Shown: positions 1-8,626 of the stretch, piece after piece | How positions within the stretch are numbered: position 1 is the stretch's first letter | How the letters are laid out: every line of letters begins with the position of its first letter | DNA from: Desulfurella sp. | GTDB lineage: Bacteria > Campylobacterota_A > Desulfurellia > Desulfurellales > Desulfurellaceae | Reading direction: 5' to 3' | NCBI GenBank assembly: GCA_031960885.1 | Contig: JAVRLY010000020.1 | Coordinates: 1-20,938, forward strand | DNA: 20,938 nucleotides | Position numbers and translations under genes: made by a program | Notes under the pieces: generated by a model | Databases searched by the model: none | Seen by the model: the letters and a program-made list of their open reading frames with translations, nothing else | What the model was told of the DNA's origin: nothing

Positions 1-263
1 TTATTAATTTTTGCAAGCAAAGTAGCGCAAAAGAATTTATTATTGCAACAGAAAGTGGTATATTATTCGAATTAAAAAGACAAGCGCCTGATAAGATATT
101 TTACACGCTAGGTCCAAAGTCTATTTGCAAAAATATGAAAAAAACCACGCTAAAAGATGTTGCAAACGCTCTAGAACGTGAAATCTATGAGATAAAGCTT
201 AGTGATGAACAAATCGCTAAAGCAAAAAAACCTATAGAAAAAATGGTTGCAATTAGGCGATGA
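1..263 (+). CDS. nadA: Quinolinate synthase, C-terminal part (runs off window start)
   Basis: Manual translation from base 3: INFCKQSSAKEFIIATESGILFELKRQAPDKIFY...ICKNMKKTTL...IEKMVAIRR*. It carries the NadA motifs F-I-I-x-T-E-x-G and C-x-x-M-K. Its TGA (261-263) overlaps the nadC ATG (ATGA). Not in the ORF track. Confidence 0.92.
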   Translation, partial: INFCKQSSAKEFIIATESGILFELKRQAPDKIFYTLGPKSICKNMKKTTLKDVANALEREIYEIKLSDEQIAKAKKPIEKMVAIRR

Positions 264-1087
264 ACAGATTGTTTGTGGAAGATTTATTAAGATCATACCT
301 GTTGGAAGATATGCATTTTGCCGATATAACAAGTGAGAGCATTTGCATTGGCACAAAAGCAAAAGCGCAAATTAAAGCAAAGGAAGATTTTGTAGTAGCA
401 GGACTTATTTTTATAAAGCCTATTTTTGATGTTTTAAAAGAAGATATAAGTGTTCAATTTAATGCCTGTGATGGTGAATTGGTAAAAAAGGGTAGTATAA
501 TAGCAATTATTGAGGCAAAAGATTATGCCATCTTAGAAGCTGAAAGATTGATTTTAAATATAATTTGCAGATTGTCTGGTATAGCTACAAAAACGCATTC
601 GTTGAGTCAACTTATAAAAGACTATAAAGCAAAGATTGCAGATACAAGAAAAACTACGCCGGGTTTTAGGTATTTTGAAAAATACGCGGTTAGAATAGGT
701 GGTGGCGTAAACCATAGAATTGGTTTATATGATGCGATTTTAATCAAAGACAATCACATAAAAATAGCAGGTAGCATTACTAAAGCAATTGAGCTTGCAA
801 GAAAAAATTCTTTTACAAAAAAAATCGAGGTAGAAGTATCTAATATTGAAGAAGCGCAAGAGGCCATTTTAGCAAAAGCAGATATTATCATGTTGGATAA
901 CATGGATATCAAAACTATGGCAGTATGTGTTTCAAGGTTTAGCGATAAGGCAATTTTAGAGGCATCTGGTAATGTGGATGAAAAAAATATTGTTGATATA
1001 GCAAAAACTGGTGTGGATTTTATATCAAGCGGTTCAATTATACATCATGCAGTATGGGTTGATGTCAATATGAAAATAGGTGGTTAA
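260..1087 (+). CDS. nadC: Nicotinate-nucleotide pyrophosphorylase (quinolinate phosphoribosyltransferase)
   Basis: Motifs DTRKTTPG, HRIGLYDAILIKDNH, IEVEV, IMLDN, EASG; follows nadA. Confidence 0.97.
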   Translation: MNRLFVEDLLRSYLLEDMHFADITSESICIGTKAKAQIKAKEDFVVAGLIFIKPIFDVLKEDISVQFNACDGELVKKGSIIAIIEAKDYAILEAERLILNIICRLSGIATKTHSLSQLIKDYKAKIADTRKTTPGFRYFEKYAVRIGGGVNHRIGLYDAILIKDNHIKIAGSITKAIELARKNSFTKKIEVEVSNIEEAQEAILAKADIIMLDNMDIKTMAVCVSRFSDKAILEASGNVDEKNIVDIAKTGVDFISSGSIIHHAVWVDVNMKIGG

Positions 1088-1885
1088 ATGAGAGTTGCAA
1101 TTGCTCAGTTTAAACCTAAGTTAGGCCATGTCAAGTTCAATATAGATCGCATTATTGAATTTGTCGATGAAGCACTAAATAAAAAAAGCGATATAGTAAT
1201 TTTTCCAGAGCTATCAACAAGTGGCTACGCATTGCGCGATTTGGTAAGTTTTACAAGTATTGGAATAGATAGCAAATATTTAAAACCTATTGTCCAAAAA
1301 AGTAATTTCATTGATATCGTATTTGGTTATGCACAAAAAGAAGCAGGGTTTTATTACAATAGCGCTCTGTATTTGTCTAATGGCCTTGTTTTAACAAATA
1401 GAAAAAAAGTATATTTGCCAGACTACGGTATGTTTGAAGAAGCACGATACTTTGCAAAAGGCGATAATCTTGAAACTACTTTAAGTAAGTTTGGTAAAAC
1501 CAATGTACTCATATGTGAAGAGGCATTTCATTTAAGTGTCCATCATTTTGTGGAACAAAGCAAAAGCGAGTTGACAATCATAATATCTGCATCGCCATAT
1601 TGGATTTACGAAAATAAAATAGACAAAAGACAAATATGGAACAATATTTGCAATAACATATCTTCTTTGTGCAGTAGTTTTGTTGTATATGTTAATAGAG
1701 TAGGCTTTGAAGATGGTGTAGGCTTTTTTGGAAACTCTTTAGTGTATAACCCATATGGTAATTGTGAGTTTAGTGGTGAGTTTTTAAAAGAAGATCTCTA
1801 TACGGTGGATATAAATTTAAGCGAAGTTTACCATGCAAGGGAATTTATGCCTTTATTAAAGGAAAAAACCTATGGATCCGTATAA
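1088..1885 (+). CDS. Nitrilase/carbon-nitrogen hydrolase; probable glutaminase subunit of a two-subunit NAD synthetase
   Basis: Glu-Lys-Cys triad contexts FPEL, KKVYLPDYGMFEEARYF and ICEE. The LPxYGxFxExRYF motif is typical of NAD synthetase GAT domains. Overlaps the nadE start. Confidence 0.88.
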   Translation: MRVAIAQFKPKLGHVKFNIDRIIEFVDEALNKKSDIVIFPELSTSGYALRDLVSFTSIGIDSKYLKPIVQKSNFIDIVFGYAQKEAGFYYNSALYLSNGLVLTNRKKVYLPDYGMFEEARYFAKGDNLETTLSKFGKTNVLICEEAFHLSVHHFVEQSKSELTIIISASPYWIYENKIDKRQIWNNICNNISSLCSSFVVYVNRVGFEDGVGFFGNSLVYNPYGNCEFSGEFLKEDLYTVDINLSEVYHAREFMPLLKEKTYGSV

Positions 1886-2699
1886 AGTTTTGAGTTTTGA
1901 TGAACCTACAATTGCAAGTTATTTGGTAGAATTTTTAAGAGATGAAATTCAAAAGGTAGGTTTTCAAAAAGCTGTTGTAGGTTTGTCTGGTGGTATTGAT
2001 TCCAGTTTGGTTGCATTTTTACTTAAAGAGGCTTTAGGCAAAGAAAATGTATATGGCATAATTATGCCTTACAAATCAAGTAGCAAAGATAGCATAGATG
2101 ACGCCCTTAAAGTAATAGATGTTACAGGTATTAACTATAAAGTTGTAGATATAACAAAAATGGCGGATAGCTACATAGATAATACCTTTACCAATGTAAG
2201 AATTGGCAATGTTTTAGCAAGACTTAGGATGATTGTGTTGTTTGATCATGCTTTTGATATTGGTACGCTAGTTGCAGGAACAAGCAATAAAACCGAACTC
2301 TTGCTTGGCTATGGTACATGGTATGGCGATATGGCGTCAAGTCTCAACCCCATTGGCGATTTATATAAAACACAAGTGAGGATGCTTTCAAAATACTTAA
2401 ATGTGCCTCAAAGTATTATTAACAAAAAACCCACTGCGGATTTATGGGTTGGTCAAAGTGACGAAGCAGAGTTGGGTTTTTCTTACGATGAAGCTGATTT
2501 AATTTTGTACCATTTATTTGACAAGCGCTTAAGCATTGACGAGGTTAAAGCATTAGGTTTTTCTGAGAAGATCGTGGATGGTATATTTGAAAGGGTAAGA
2601 AAAAATCAATTTAAGCGCTTACCTCCAATTATAGCAAAAATAAGCAGAAGAAGCATCAATTGGGATTTTAGGTTTTTAAGGGATTGGGGGCAATTGTGA
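1872..2699 (+). CDS. nadE: NAD+ synthetase (synthetase domain only)
   Basis: GLSGGIDS PP-loop, GNVLARLRM, GTSNKTE, GYGTWYGD, PIGDLYKT, PTADLW..QSDEAELG. Confidence 0.97.
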   Translation: MDPYKVLSFDEPTIASYLVEFLRDEIQKVGFQKAVVGLSGGIDSSLVAFLLKEALGKENVYGIIMPYKSSSKDSIDDALKVIDVTGINYKVVDITKMADSYIDNTFTNVRIGNVLARLRMIVLFDHAFDIGTLVAGTSNKTELLLGYGTWYGDMASSLNPIGDLYKTQVRMLSKYLNVPQSIINKKPTADLWVGQSDEAELGFSYDEADLILYHLFDKRLSIDEVKALGFSEKIVDGIFERVRKNQFKRLPPIIAKISRRSINWDFRFLRDWGQL

Positions 2700-3433
2700 G
2701 TCAAATCAAAAGGGCAAGTTATTTAATTAAGCATTCACAATTTACAGTAGTATTTACAGGAGCTGGTATTAGCGTAGAAAGCGGGGTACCTTCTTTTAGA
2801 GGCGAAGATGGTTTATGGGAAAAGTACGATCCTGATTTATTTGAAATAGATTACTTTTACAAACATCCAGAAAAATCGTGGTCTTTGATTAATAAGATCT
2901 TTTTTGAAGTACTTAAAGACAAAAAGCCAAATAAAGCCCATTATTATTTGGCAAAACTTGAAGAAATGGGATTTGTTAAAGCTATTATCACTCAAAATAT
3001 TGACAACTTGCATTATTTAGCTGGTAGCAAGAATATTGTAGAATATCACGGAAACTCAAGAATGCTTGTATGCAAAAGGTGTGGAAGAAAATTTACAGCA
3101 AGTGACTTTGATTTATCTAAAATACCTTATTGTCCTTATTGCAATATTGTGTTAAAGCCAGATTTTGTTTTTTTTGGGGAAATGATACCAAAAGATGCAC
3201 AACAAGAAAGCGAAAAACTAATGAATCAATGTGATTTGCTTATCATTATAGGTACAAGTGGTCTTGTATATCCTGCAGCTTTTCTACCAATGTTAGCCCG
3301 CAAGCATGGTGTTAAAATTATAGAGATTAATAAAACATTTAGCGAGTATACAGATAAAATTGTCGATGTGTTTTTAGAAGGCTCTGCATCAGAAGTGTTG
3401 GGAGAGATACTTATTGAACTCGATGCTCATTGA
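2696..3433 (+). CDS. cobB: NAD-dependent protein deacylase, sirtuin (Sir2/CobB) family
   Basis: TGAGISVESGVPSFRG, ITQNIDNLH, HGN, CxxC...CxxC zinc site, KPDFVFFGE, GTSGLVYPAA. Start placed at GTG 2696, which overlaps the nadE stop (GTGA), rather than at TTG 2684. Confidence 0.94.
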   Translation: MSQIKRASYLIKHSQFTVVFTGAGISVESGVPSFRGEDGLWEKYDPDLFEIDYFYKHPEKSWSLINKIFFEVLKDKKPNKAHYYLAKLEEMGFVKAIITQNIDNLHYLAGSKNIVEYHGNSRMLVCKRCGRKFTASDFDLSKIPYCPYCNIVLKPDFVFFGEMIPKDAQQESEKLMNQCDLLIIIGTSGLVYPAAFLPMLARKHGVKIIEINKTFSEYTDKIVDVFLEGSASEVLGEILIELDAH

Positions 3434-4025
3434 AATATACGAAACGCTTTTGTCATTTTTTTCAAAACAAAATTGGTGGGATATTGTTACTAGCGATGAA
3501 ATTATAATTGGGGCAATTTTAACGCAAAATACAGCATGGAATAATGTAGAAAAAGCAATTGAAAATTTGAAAAACAAAGATTTATGTAATCTTAAAAAAA
3601 TTAGAGAAATTTCAAAACAAGAATTAGAGCAATTAATTAAGCCCTCTGGATTTTACAAACAAAAAAGCATATATTTGAAAGAAGTAGCGAAGTTTTTTGA
3701 GAATTTTAATGAGAGTATAGATACTGACACATTTAGAAAGAAGCTACTAAGCCTAAAAGGTATTGGTTTTGAAACAGCTGATTCTATTTTGCTTTACGCA
3801 TTTTCAAGGCCCATATTTGTTGTGGATGCCTATACAAAGAGACTTATTGAAAGAAAGAAAATTTTTTATTCAAAGAATTATAGCGATATTCAACGGTTCT
3901 TTATGGAAAATATACCTCGTGATGTTGAATTGTACAAAGAATACCATGCATTAATTGTTAAATTAGGCAAGACATTTTGCAAAAAAAGCCCACATTGTAG
4001 GGGATGTCCAATAAAATGCGAATAG
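3414..4025 (+). CDS. Endonuclease III-related HhH-GPD DNA glycosylase-family protein
   Basis: GAILTQNTAWNNV, IKPSGFY, HhH LLSLKGIGFETADSIL, VVDAY, C-terminal Cys cluster. Start is TTG 3414 (GGAG at 3401-3404) or ATG 3423. Confidence 0.88.
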   Translation: MNSMLIEIYETLLSFFSKQNWWDIVTSDEIIIGAILTQNTAWNNVEKAIENLKNKDLCNLKKIREISKQELEQLIKPSGFYKQKSIYLKEVAKFFENFNESIDTDTFRKKLLSLKGIGFETADSILLYAFSRPIFVVDAYTKRLIERKKIFYSKNYSDIQRFFMENIPRDVELYKEYHALIVKLGKTFCKKSPHCRGCPIKCE

Positions 4026-4606
4026 GTTTGACAGGTTCGATTGCTTGTGGAAAATCCACTGTGTCTAACATGTTTAAAGAGCTTGGCGCATATATAATAG
4101 ATTCAGATGAAATTGCCCACGATGCACTTAAAAAAACGGAAATGCCATACAAACAGGTATTAGAAATTTTTGGCGATTCTATTTTGGATGAACAAGGAAA
4201 TATTGACAGAAAAAAGTTAGGTAAAATAGTATTGAACGACAAATCTAAACTTGCGATTTTAGAATCAATTATTCATCCCTACATTAATGAAAAAAGACAA
4301 GAAATCGAAAACGCAATACTAAAGGAAAACAAGAATGCCATTATTGTTTATGATGTACCATTACTATTTGAGAAACAACTAGAAAAAAATTTTGATAAAG
4401 TTATTGTAGTGTATGCAAATAAAAATGTACAAATTGAAAGACTCATGAAAAGGCAAAATTTAACATACGATGAAGCGCTAAAACTCATTAATCTGCAAAT
4501 GGATGTTGAAGAAAAAAAGAAACGGGCTGGTTTTGTAATTGATAATTCTTATTCGCTTGAAGAAACCAAAAAACAAGTGCTAGAAATTTTTGAAAAATTA
4601 TGTTAG
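4016..4606 (+). CDS. coaE: Dephospho-CoA kinase
   Basis: IGLTGSIACGKST P-loop, IDRKKLG, LESIIHP, DVPLLFE, IDN. ATG 4016 preferred; ATG 4004 is the alternative. Confidence 0.96.
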   Translation: MRIGLTGSIACGKSTVSNMFKELGAYIIDSDEIAHDALKKTEMPYKQVLEIFGDSILDEQGNIDRKKLGKIVLNDKSKLAILESIIHPYINEKRQEIENAILKENKNAIIVYDVPLLFEKQLEKNFDKVIVVYANKNVQIERLMKRQNLTYDEALKLINLQMDVEEKKKRAGFVIDNSYSLEETKKQVLEIFEKLC

Positions 4607-4616
4607 TTAGTTACAT

Positions 4617-4645
4617 TTGACAAAAAGAGTTTTTCGTTATATATT
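4617..4645 (+). promoter_or_regulatory. sigma70-type promoter for trxA-trxB
   Basis: TTGACA (4617-4622), 17 nt, TATATT (4640-4645). SD AGGAGG lies at 4663-4668. Confidence 0.8.
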
Positions 4646-4672
4646 ACAGCGATGTTTAATAAAGGAGGAATT

Positions 4673-4996
4673 ATGGCAGTCGAGGTAAAATTGACCACTG
4701 ATAACTGGGAGCAAGAGGTATTGAAATCAGGTGTACCAGTGTTAGTAGATTTTTGGGCACCGTGGTGTGGACCTTGCAGAATGGTTGCACCTGTGGTATC
4801 AGAAATTGCACATGAATACGAAGGTAAATTAAAAGTAGGTAAATTAAACACTGATGAAGAACCAGATATTGCCGTTAGATACGGAATAATGAGTATACCC
4901 ACATTAATGGTTTTTAAAAATGGAGAAGTGGTAGATCAGATTATAGGCGCTGCACCTAAAGAATACTTCACCCAAAGGCTAGATAAAATTTTATAA
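4673..4996 (+). CDS. trxA: Thioredoxin
   Basis: [19 protein letters not shown] 4673 follows AGGAGG, so it is preferred over the track start at 4652. Confidence 0.98.
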   Translation: MAVEVKLTTDNWEQEVLKSGVPVLVDFWAPWCGPCRMVAPVVSEIAHEYEGKLKVGKLNTDEEPDIAVRYGIMSIPTLMVFKNGEVVDQIIGAAPKEYFTQRLDKIL

Positions 4997-5026
4997 TTGG
5001 ACCGAGGTTTTCTCGGCCCAATTTTT
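4995..5026 (+). terminator. Stem-loop with short T tract between trxA and trxB; candidate leaky intrinsic terminator or stabiliser
   Basis: AATTGGACCGAG-GTTTT-CTCGGCCCAATT, 11 of 12 pairs, running into T5 at 5022-5026. Confidence 0.65.
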
Positions 5027-5040
5027 AAAGGGGTATATAG

Positions 5041-5961
5041 ATGTATGATGCAGTTATTATAGGGGGTGGGCCAGCTGGTCTAACAGCAGGTATTTATTCA
5101 GCAAGAAGTGGTTTAAAAACAATCATTTTAGAAGAAAAAGTATTTGGTGGTCAGATTGTTTTCAGTGCCGATCTAGAAAATTATCCAGGCTTTCCAGAAG
5201 GTATTAGTGGAATGGACATTATAGATAAATTTTTAGAACAGGCAAAAAAGTTCGAAGTTGAAATTAGCTACGAAGGTGTAGAAAAAATAGAAAATGATAC
5301 ATCATGCAAAAGAGTTATTCTTAAAAATAAAAGCTGCATAACAACAAAAACTGTAATTTTAGCAACTGGTGCTAGTGCAGATAGATTGGGTTGTCCAGGT
5401 GAAGCTAAATTTATCGGCAAGGGCGTGTCTTATTGTGCAACATGTGATGGCGCTTTTTTTAAAGGTAAAACTGTTGCAGTCGTAGGTGGTGGAGACTCTG
5501 CTTTGGAAGAAGCTTTATATTTAGCAAATCTTGTAAAAAAGATATATTTAATACATAGAAGGGATCAGTTTCGGGCTGTTAAAATCTTGCAGGATAGAGT
5601 AAAGAAAAACAATAAAATAGAAATTATATTTGATAGTGTTGTAAAAGAAATTTTAGGTGATAAGTTTGTAAAGGGTGCATTAATTGAAAATGTCAAAACA
5701 AAAGAACAATCTAGACTTGATATAGATGGAATATTTATTTACATTGGTCTTACGCCAAATTCAAAATTTGTATCCGACTTAATACAAACAGATGAGTATG
5801 GATATATTATTACTAATGAAGAAATGGAAACGAATATACCGGGCATTTTTGCTGCAGGCGATGCTAGAAAGAAATCTTTAAGGCAAGTTGTTACAGCATG
5901 CGCCGATGGTGCTATTGCTGCATCAAATGCACAAAAGTACATAGAAAAAATGAAGGTTTAG
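5041..5961 (+). CDS. trxB: Thioredoxin-disulfide reductase
   Basis: IIGGGPAGLTA, GVSYCATCDG, VGGGDSALEEA, IHRRD, GIFAAGD. Confidence 0.98.
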   Translation: MYDAVIIGGGPAGLTAGIYSARSGLKTIILEEKVFGGQIVFSADLENYPGFPEGISGMDIIDKFLEQAKKFEVEISYEGVEKIENDTSCKRVILKNKSCITTKTVILATGASADRLGCPGEAKFIGKGVSYCATCDGAFFKGKTVAVVGGGDSALEEALYLANLVKKIYLIHRRDQFRAVKILQDRVKKNNKIEIIFDSVVKEILGDKFVKGALIENVKTKEQSRLDIDGIFIYIGLTPNSKFVSDLIQTDEYGYIITNEEMETNIPGIFAAGDARKKSLRQVVTACADGAIAASNAQKYIEKMKV

Positions 5962-6575
5962 AGGTATCTTTTAATCTCTTTGTATGCTTCTGCAATCGAT
6001 AAATTAGTTGTATCTATTACAATTGCCCCTTCTGGTATGACAAGTGGGGCGATATTTCTTTGTGTGTCATTTGTATCTCTTTGCATGATAAAGTTTAATG
6101 AATGCTCATAACTTACATTTAACTCACTTGAGCGCCTTTTAGCCCTTTCTTCTAATTTTGCTGTTAAAAAAAATTTTAAATGTGCATTTTTGAAGATTAC
6201 GCTACCAGCGTCTCTACCATCAATTACAAATTTTCCTTTTTTTGCAATGTCTCTTACTAAGTTATTCACATAATCTCTTATAAAATCTTTTTGGGCAATA
6301 ATAGAAGCTTTTTTGGCTATATTTTCACCAAGAATTAAGTCATTTAAAACGGTTTCATTGTGCAAAAGTAGCAATTGATTGTCTTTTAGCTTAAATTCAA
6401 TTTTAAGCTCAAAGAGCTGTTTTTGTCCAATATTTTCATCCATTAAATAAGCTATGCTTCTGTAAATTTTGCCAGTATCAATGTGAACAAAACCATCGTT
6501 TTGAGCAAGCATTTTGCATATTGTGCTTTTGCCGCTGCCACTTGGTCCATCAATTGTCAAAATAAAATTATCCAT
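5958..6575 (-). CDS. cmk: Cytidylate kinase
   Basis: IDGPSGSGKST, IDTG..YR, IDGRDAGSVIF..A.LKFFLTA, APL...EGAIVIDTT. Confidence 0.95.
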   Translation of the reverse strand: MDNFILTIDGPSGSGKSTICKMLAQNDGFVHIDTGKIYRSIAYLMDENIGQKQLFELKIEFKLKDNQLLLLHNETVLNDLILGENIAKKASIIAQKDFIRDYVNNLVRDIAKKGKFVIDGRDAGSVIFKNAHLKFFLTAKLEERAKRRSSELNVSYEHSLNFIMQRDTNDTQRNIAPLVIPEGAIVIDTTNLSIAEAYKEIKRYL

Positions 6576-7416
6576 CTAAACGCTCTTTGAAAATCCTTAT
6601 ATTGTGCAAAATCTCTGTAAGTTGCTCTTGATTATTGTTTTCAATTGTATTTTTTAACTCATTTAAACTGTCAATGTAATCATTTATGGCATCTAAGATG
6701 TTTTGTTTATTTAGGAGAAATATATCGCTCCACATTTTTTCATTTGACTTTGCAACACGCGTAAAATCTTTAAAACCGCCACCGCTAAATGCGTAAGTCT
6801 CATCGTTTTGTTTTTTTTGCCATATGAGTTTTACGAGATTGTATGCAACCACATGAGGAAGGTGACTAACGTAAGCAAATACTTGATCATGTTTTTGAGG
6901 CGTCATGTATTTGACTTTCATATTTATCTTTTTTGCAAATTCTTCAACAGTTTTTTCTGCAAATGAAACATCAAAAAATGGTGTTATGATGAAATACTTG
7001 TTATCAAATAGGTGCCGAACAGCTGATTTTGGACCAAAGTTTTCTGTACCTGCTATGGGGTGTGTTGGTACATATTTGATATTGTTTGGAATGTAATCTT
7101 TTATTTTATCAATAATAGGTTTTTTTACACTTGCAACATCTATTACTATTGTGTGTTCTTTTAAAAAGCCAAACAAGTCTAAAATAACCTGCGTAGTTTC
7201 TAATGGCGGGGTGCTAACTATTATAAAATCACACATCGAAAAAGATTTGTATGAGTTTGCCCCAATATCTATTAGTTCAAGGTTTAACGCATCATTGAGA
7301 TTTTTTTCATTATTGTCATATCCAATGATTATCTTTGCTAACTTGTGTTGTTTAATTGCAAGACCCAGAGAGCCGCCAATTAGCCCAAGTCCAATTATAC
7401 CGACAGTATTAAACAT
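6568..7416 (-). CDS. tyrA: Prephenate/arogenate dehydrogenase
   Basis: IIGLGLIGGS, DVASVK, HPIAGTE, HD....YVSHLPH, GGFKDFTRVA, MWSDIF..N. Confidence 0.95.
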   Translation of the reverse strand: MFNTVGIIGLGLIGGSLGLAIKQHKLAKIIIGYDNNEKNLNDALNLELIDIGANSYKSFSMCDFIIVSTPPLETTQVILDLFGFLKEHTIVIDVASVKKPIIDKIKDYIPNNIKYVPTHPIAGTENFGPKSAVRHLFDNKYFIITPFFDVSFAEKTVEEFAKKINMKVKYMTPQKHDQVFAYVSHLPHVVAYNLVKLIWQKKQNDETYAFSGGGFKDFTRVAKSNEKMWSDIFLLNKQNILDAINDYIDSLNELKNTIENNNQEQLTEILHNIRIFKERLDG

Positions 7417-8497
7417 TTAAAACCTTTTTAAGCTTTTCAATAAAAATTTCATTTTCTTCTTGAGTGCCAATTGTAACCCTCAAAAAATTACTGTACCCAT
7501 AAGGTTTCATGCTTCTTACTATTACACCCTCTTTCAAAAGTTTATTATAGACATCTTGGGCGTCGTTTGGTGTTGAAAATAAGATAAAATTTGCACATGT
7601 GGGGACAAAAAATAAATTTAATTTCCTAAACTGTTCATATAAAAATTTTTTTCCTTCTTCATTTGTTTGTATGCTTTTTTGTAAGTGCTCTCTATCATCC
7701 AACGCTGCAATCGCAGCTGCTTGAGCTATAATATTAACGTTAAATGGCGGTCTTACGCGATTTAGCGTATTTACAATAAATTCACTAGCGATACCATAGC
7801 CTATTCTTAATCCAGCAAGCGCATAAGCTTTGGAAAATGTTCTTAAAATAATTACATTTTCGTGTTTGTAGAGCTCAAGCAATTCTTTATAAGCGTCGCA
7901 TGGTTTTGCATACTCATAATAGGCTTCATCTATGACAATTAGTGTATCTTTCGAAGCTTTTTGAATTATCTTTTGAATATCATCGTATGTGGTTAGTGTA
8001 CCAGTAGGGTTATTTGGCGTGTTAATAAAGATTATACGTGTGTTATCATTAATATGGTCTAATAAACTATCTATATCGTATGAGAAATCTTTTAGTGGTA
8101 GTTCAATAATTTTTTTGTTAAAAGCCATGCCTATTATTCTATATTCAATAAAACTTGGATAGCAATATAAAATCTCATCATTTGGGTTTGTAGCAAATGC
8201 TTTATAAATAAGCTCAATGATTTCATCAGAACCGTTGCCCAGTATAATATTTTTTTCAGATATGTCTAGAAAATGTGCTATTTTTTGCGTTAAATAATAT
8301 GCATTGCCATCTGGGTATAAGTTAACTTTACTAGCCATATCACATATTGTTTCAATTACCTTCTGTGAAGGTCCAAGCGGATTTTCATTAGACGCAAGCT
8401 TTACTACATTTTTAAGACCAAGTTCTCTTTGGAGCTCTTCAATTGGTTTTCCACCCTCATAAGGCATGATTTTTAAAATATAATCTGCTACTTTCAT
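7409..8497 (-). CDS. hisC: Histidinol-phosphate/aromatic aminotransferase
   Basis: KLASNENP, YPD, GNGSDE, PNNPTG, DEAYYE, RTFSKAYALAGLRIGY, RVTIGT. SD GAGGAGG at 8509-8503. Confidence 0.96.
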   Translation of the reverse strand: MKVADYILKIMPYEGGKPIEELQRELGLKNVVKLASNENPLGPSQKVIETICDMASKVNLYPDGNAYYLTQKIAHFLDISEKNIILGNGSDEIIELIYKAFATNPNDEILYCYPSFIEYRIIGMAFNKKIIELPLKDFSYDIDSLLDHINDNTRIIFINTPNNPTGTLTTYDDIQKIIQKASKDTLIVIDEAYYEYAKPCDAYKELLELYKHENVIILRTFSKAYALAGLRIGYGIASEFIVNTLNRVRPPFNVNIIAQAAAIAALDDREHLQKSIQTNEEGKKFLYEQFRKLNLFFVPTCANFILFSTPNDAQDVYNKLLKEGVIVRSMKPYGYSNFLRVTIGTQEENEIFIEKLKKVLNV

Positions 8498-8515
8498 AAT
8501 TGCCTCCTCGTTTTA

Positions 8516-8544
8516 TTTATACAATTTAGTTTTATGTTTTGCAA
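8516..8544 (-). promoter_or_regulatory. Candidate sigma70 promoter for hisC-tyrA-cmk
   Basis: Minus strand TTGCAA (8544-8539), 17 nt, TATAAA (8521-8516). Confidence 0.55.
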
Positions 8545-8564
8545 CTATAAATGTATTTGGGTGG

Positions 8565-8593
8565 TTGATTTATCTATAATAATGGTATATATT
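8565..8593 (+). promoter_or_regulatory. Candidate sigma70 promoter for DUF5752-treT
   Basis: TTGATT (8565-8570), 17 nt, TATATT (8588-8593). SD AAGGAG at 8615-8620. Confidence 0.55.
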
Positions 8594-8626
8594 GACTCAA
8601 TGTAATAAGAAGCAAAGGAGCAAGTT

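Noticed and set aside
2696..3433. Sirtuin as an anti-phage NADase (Thoeris/DSR-type SIR2)
   Set aside because: It is a short classical zinc-binding CobB-type deacylase in a housekeeping operon, with no TIR, HerA or Argonaute partner nearby.
171..7420. Short antisense or alternate-frame ORFs (171-362, 3389-3577, 3763-3954, 3958-4242, 4603-4902, 5739-5942, 6905-7096, 7151-7420)
   Set aside because: They overlap well-supported genes, show no recognisable motifs and look like shadow ORFs.
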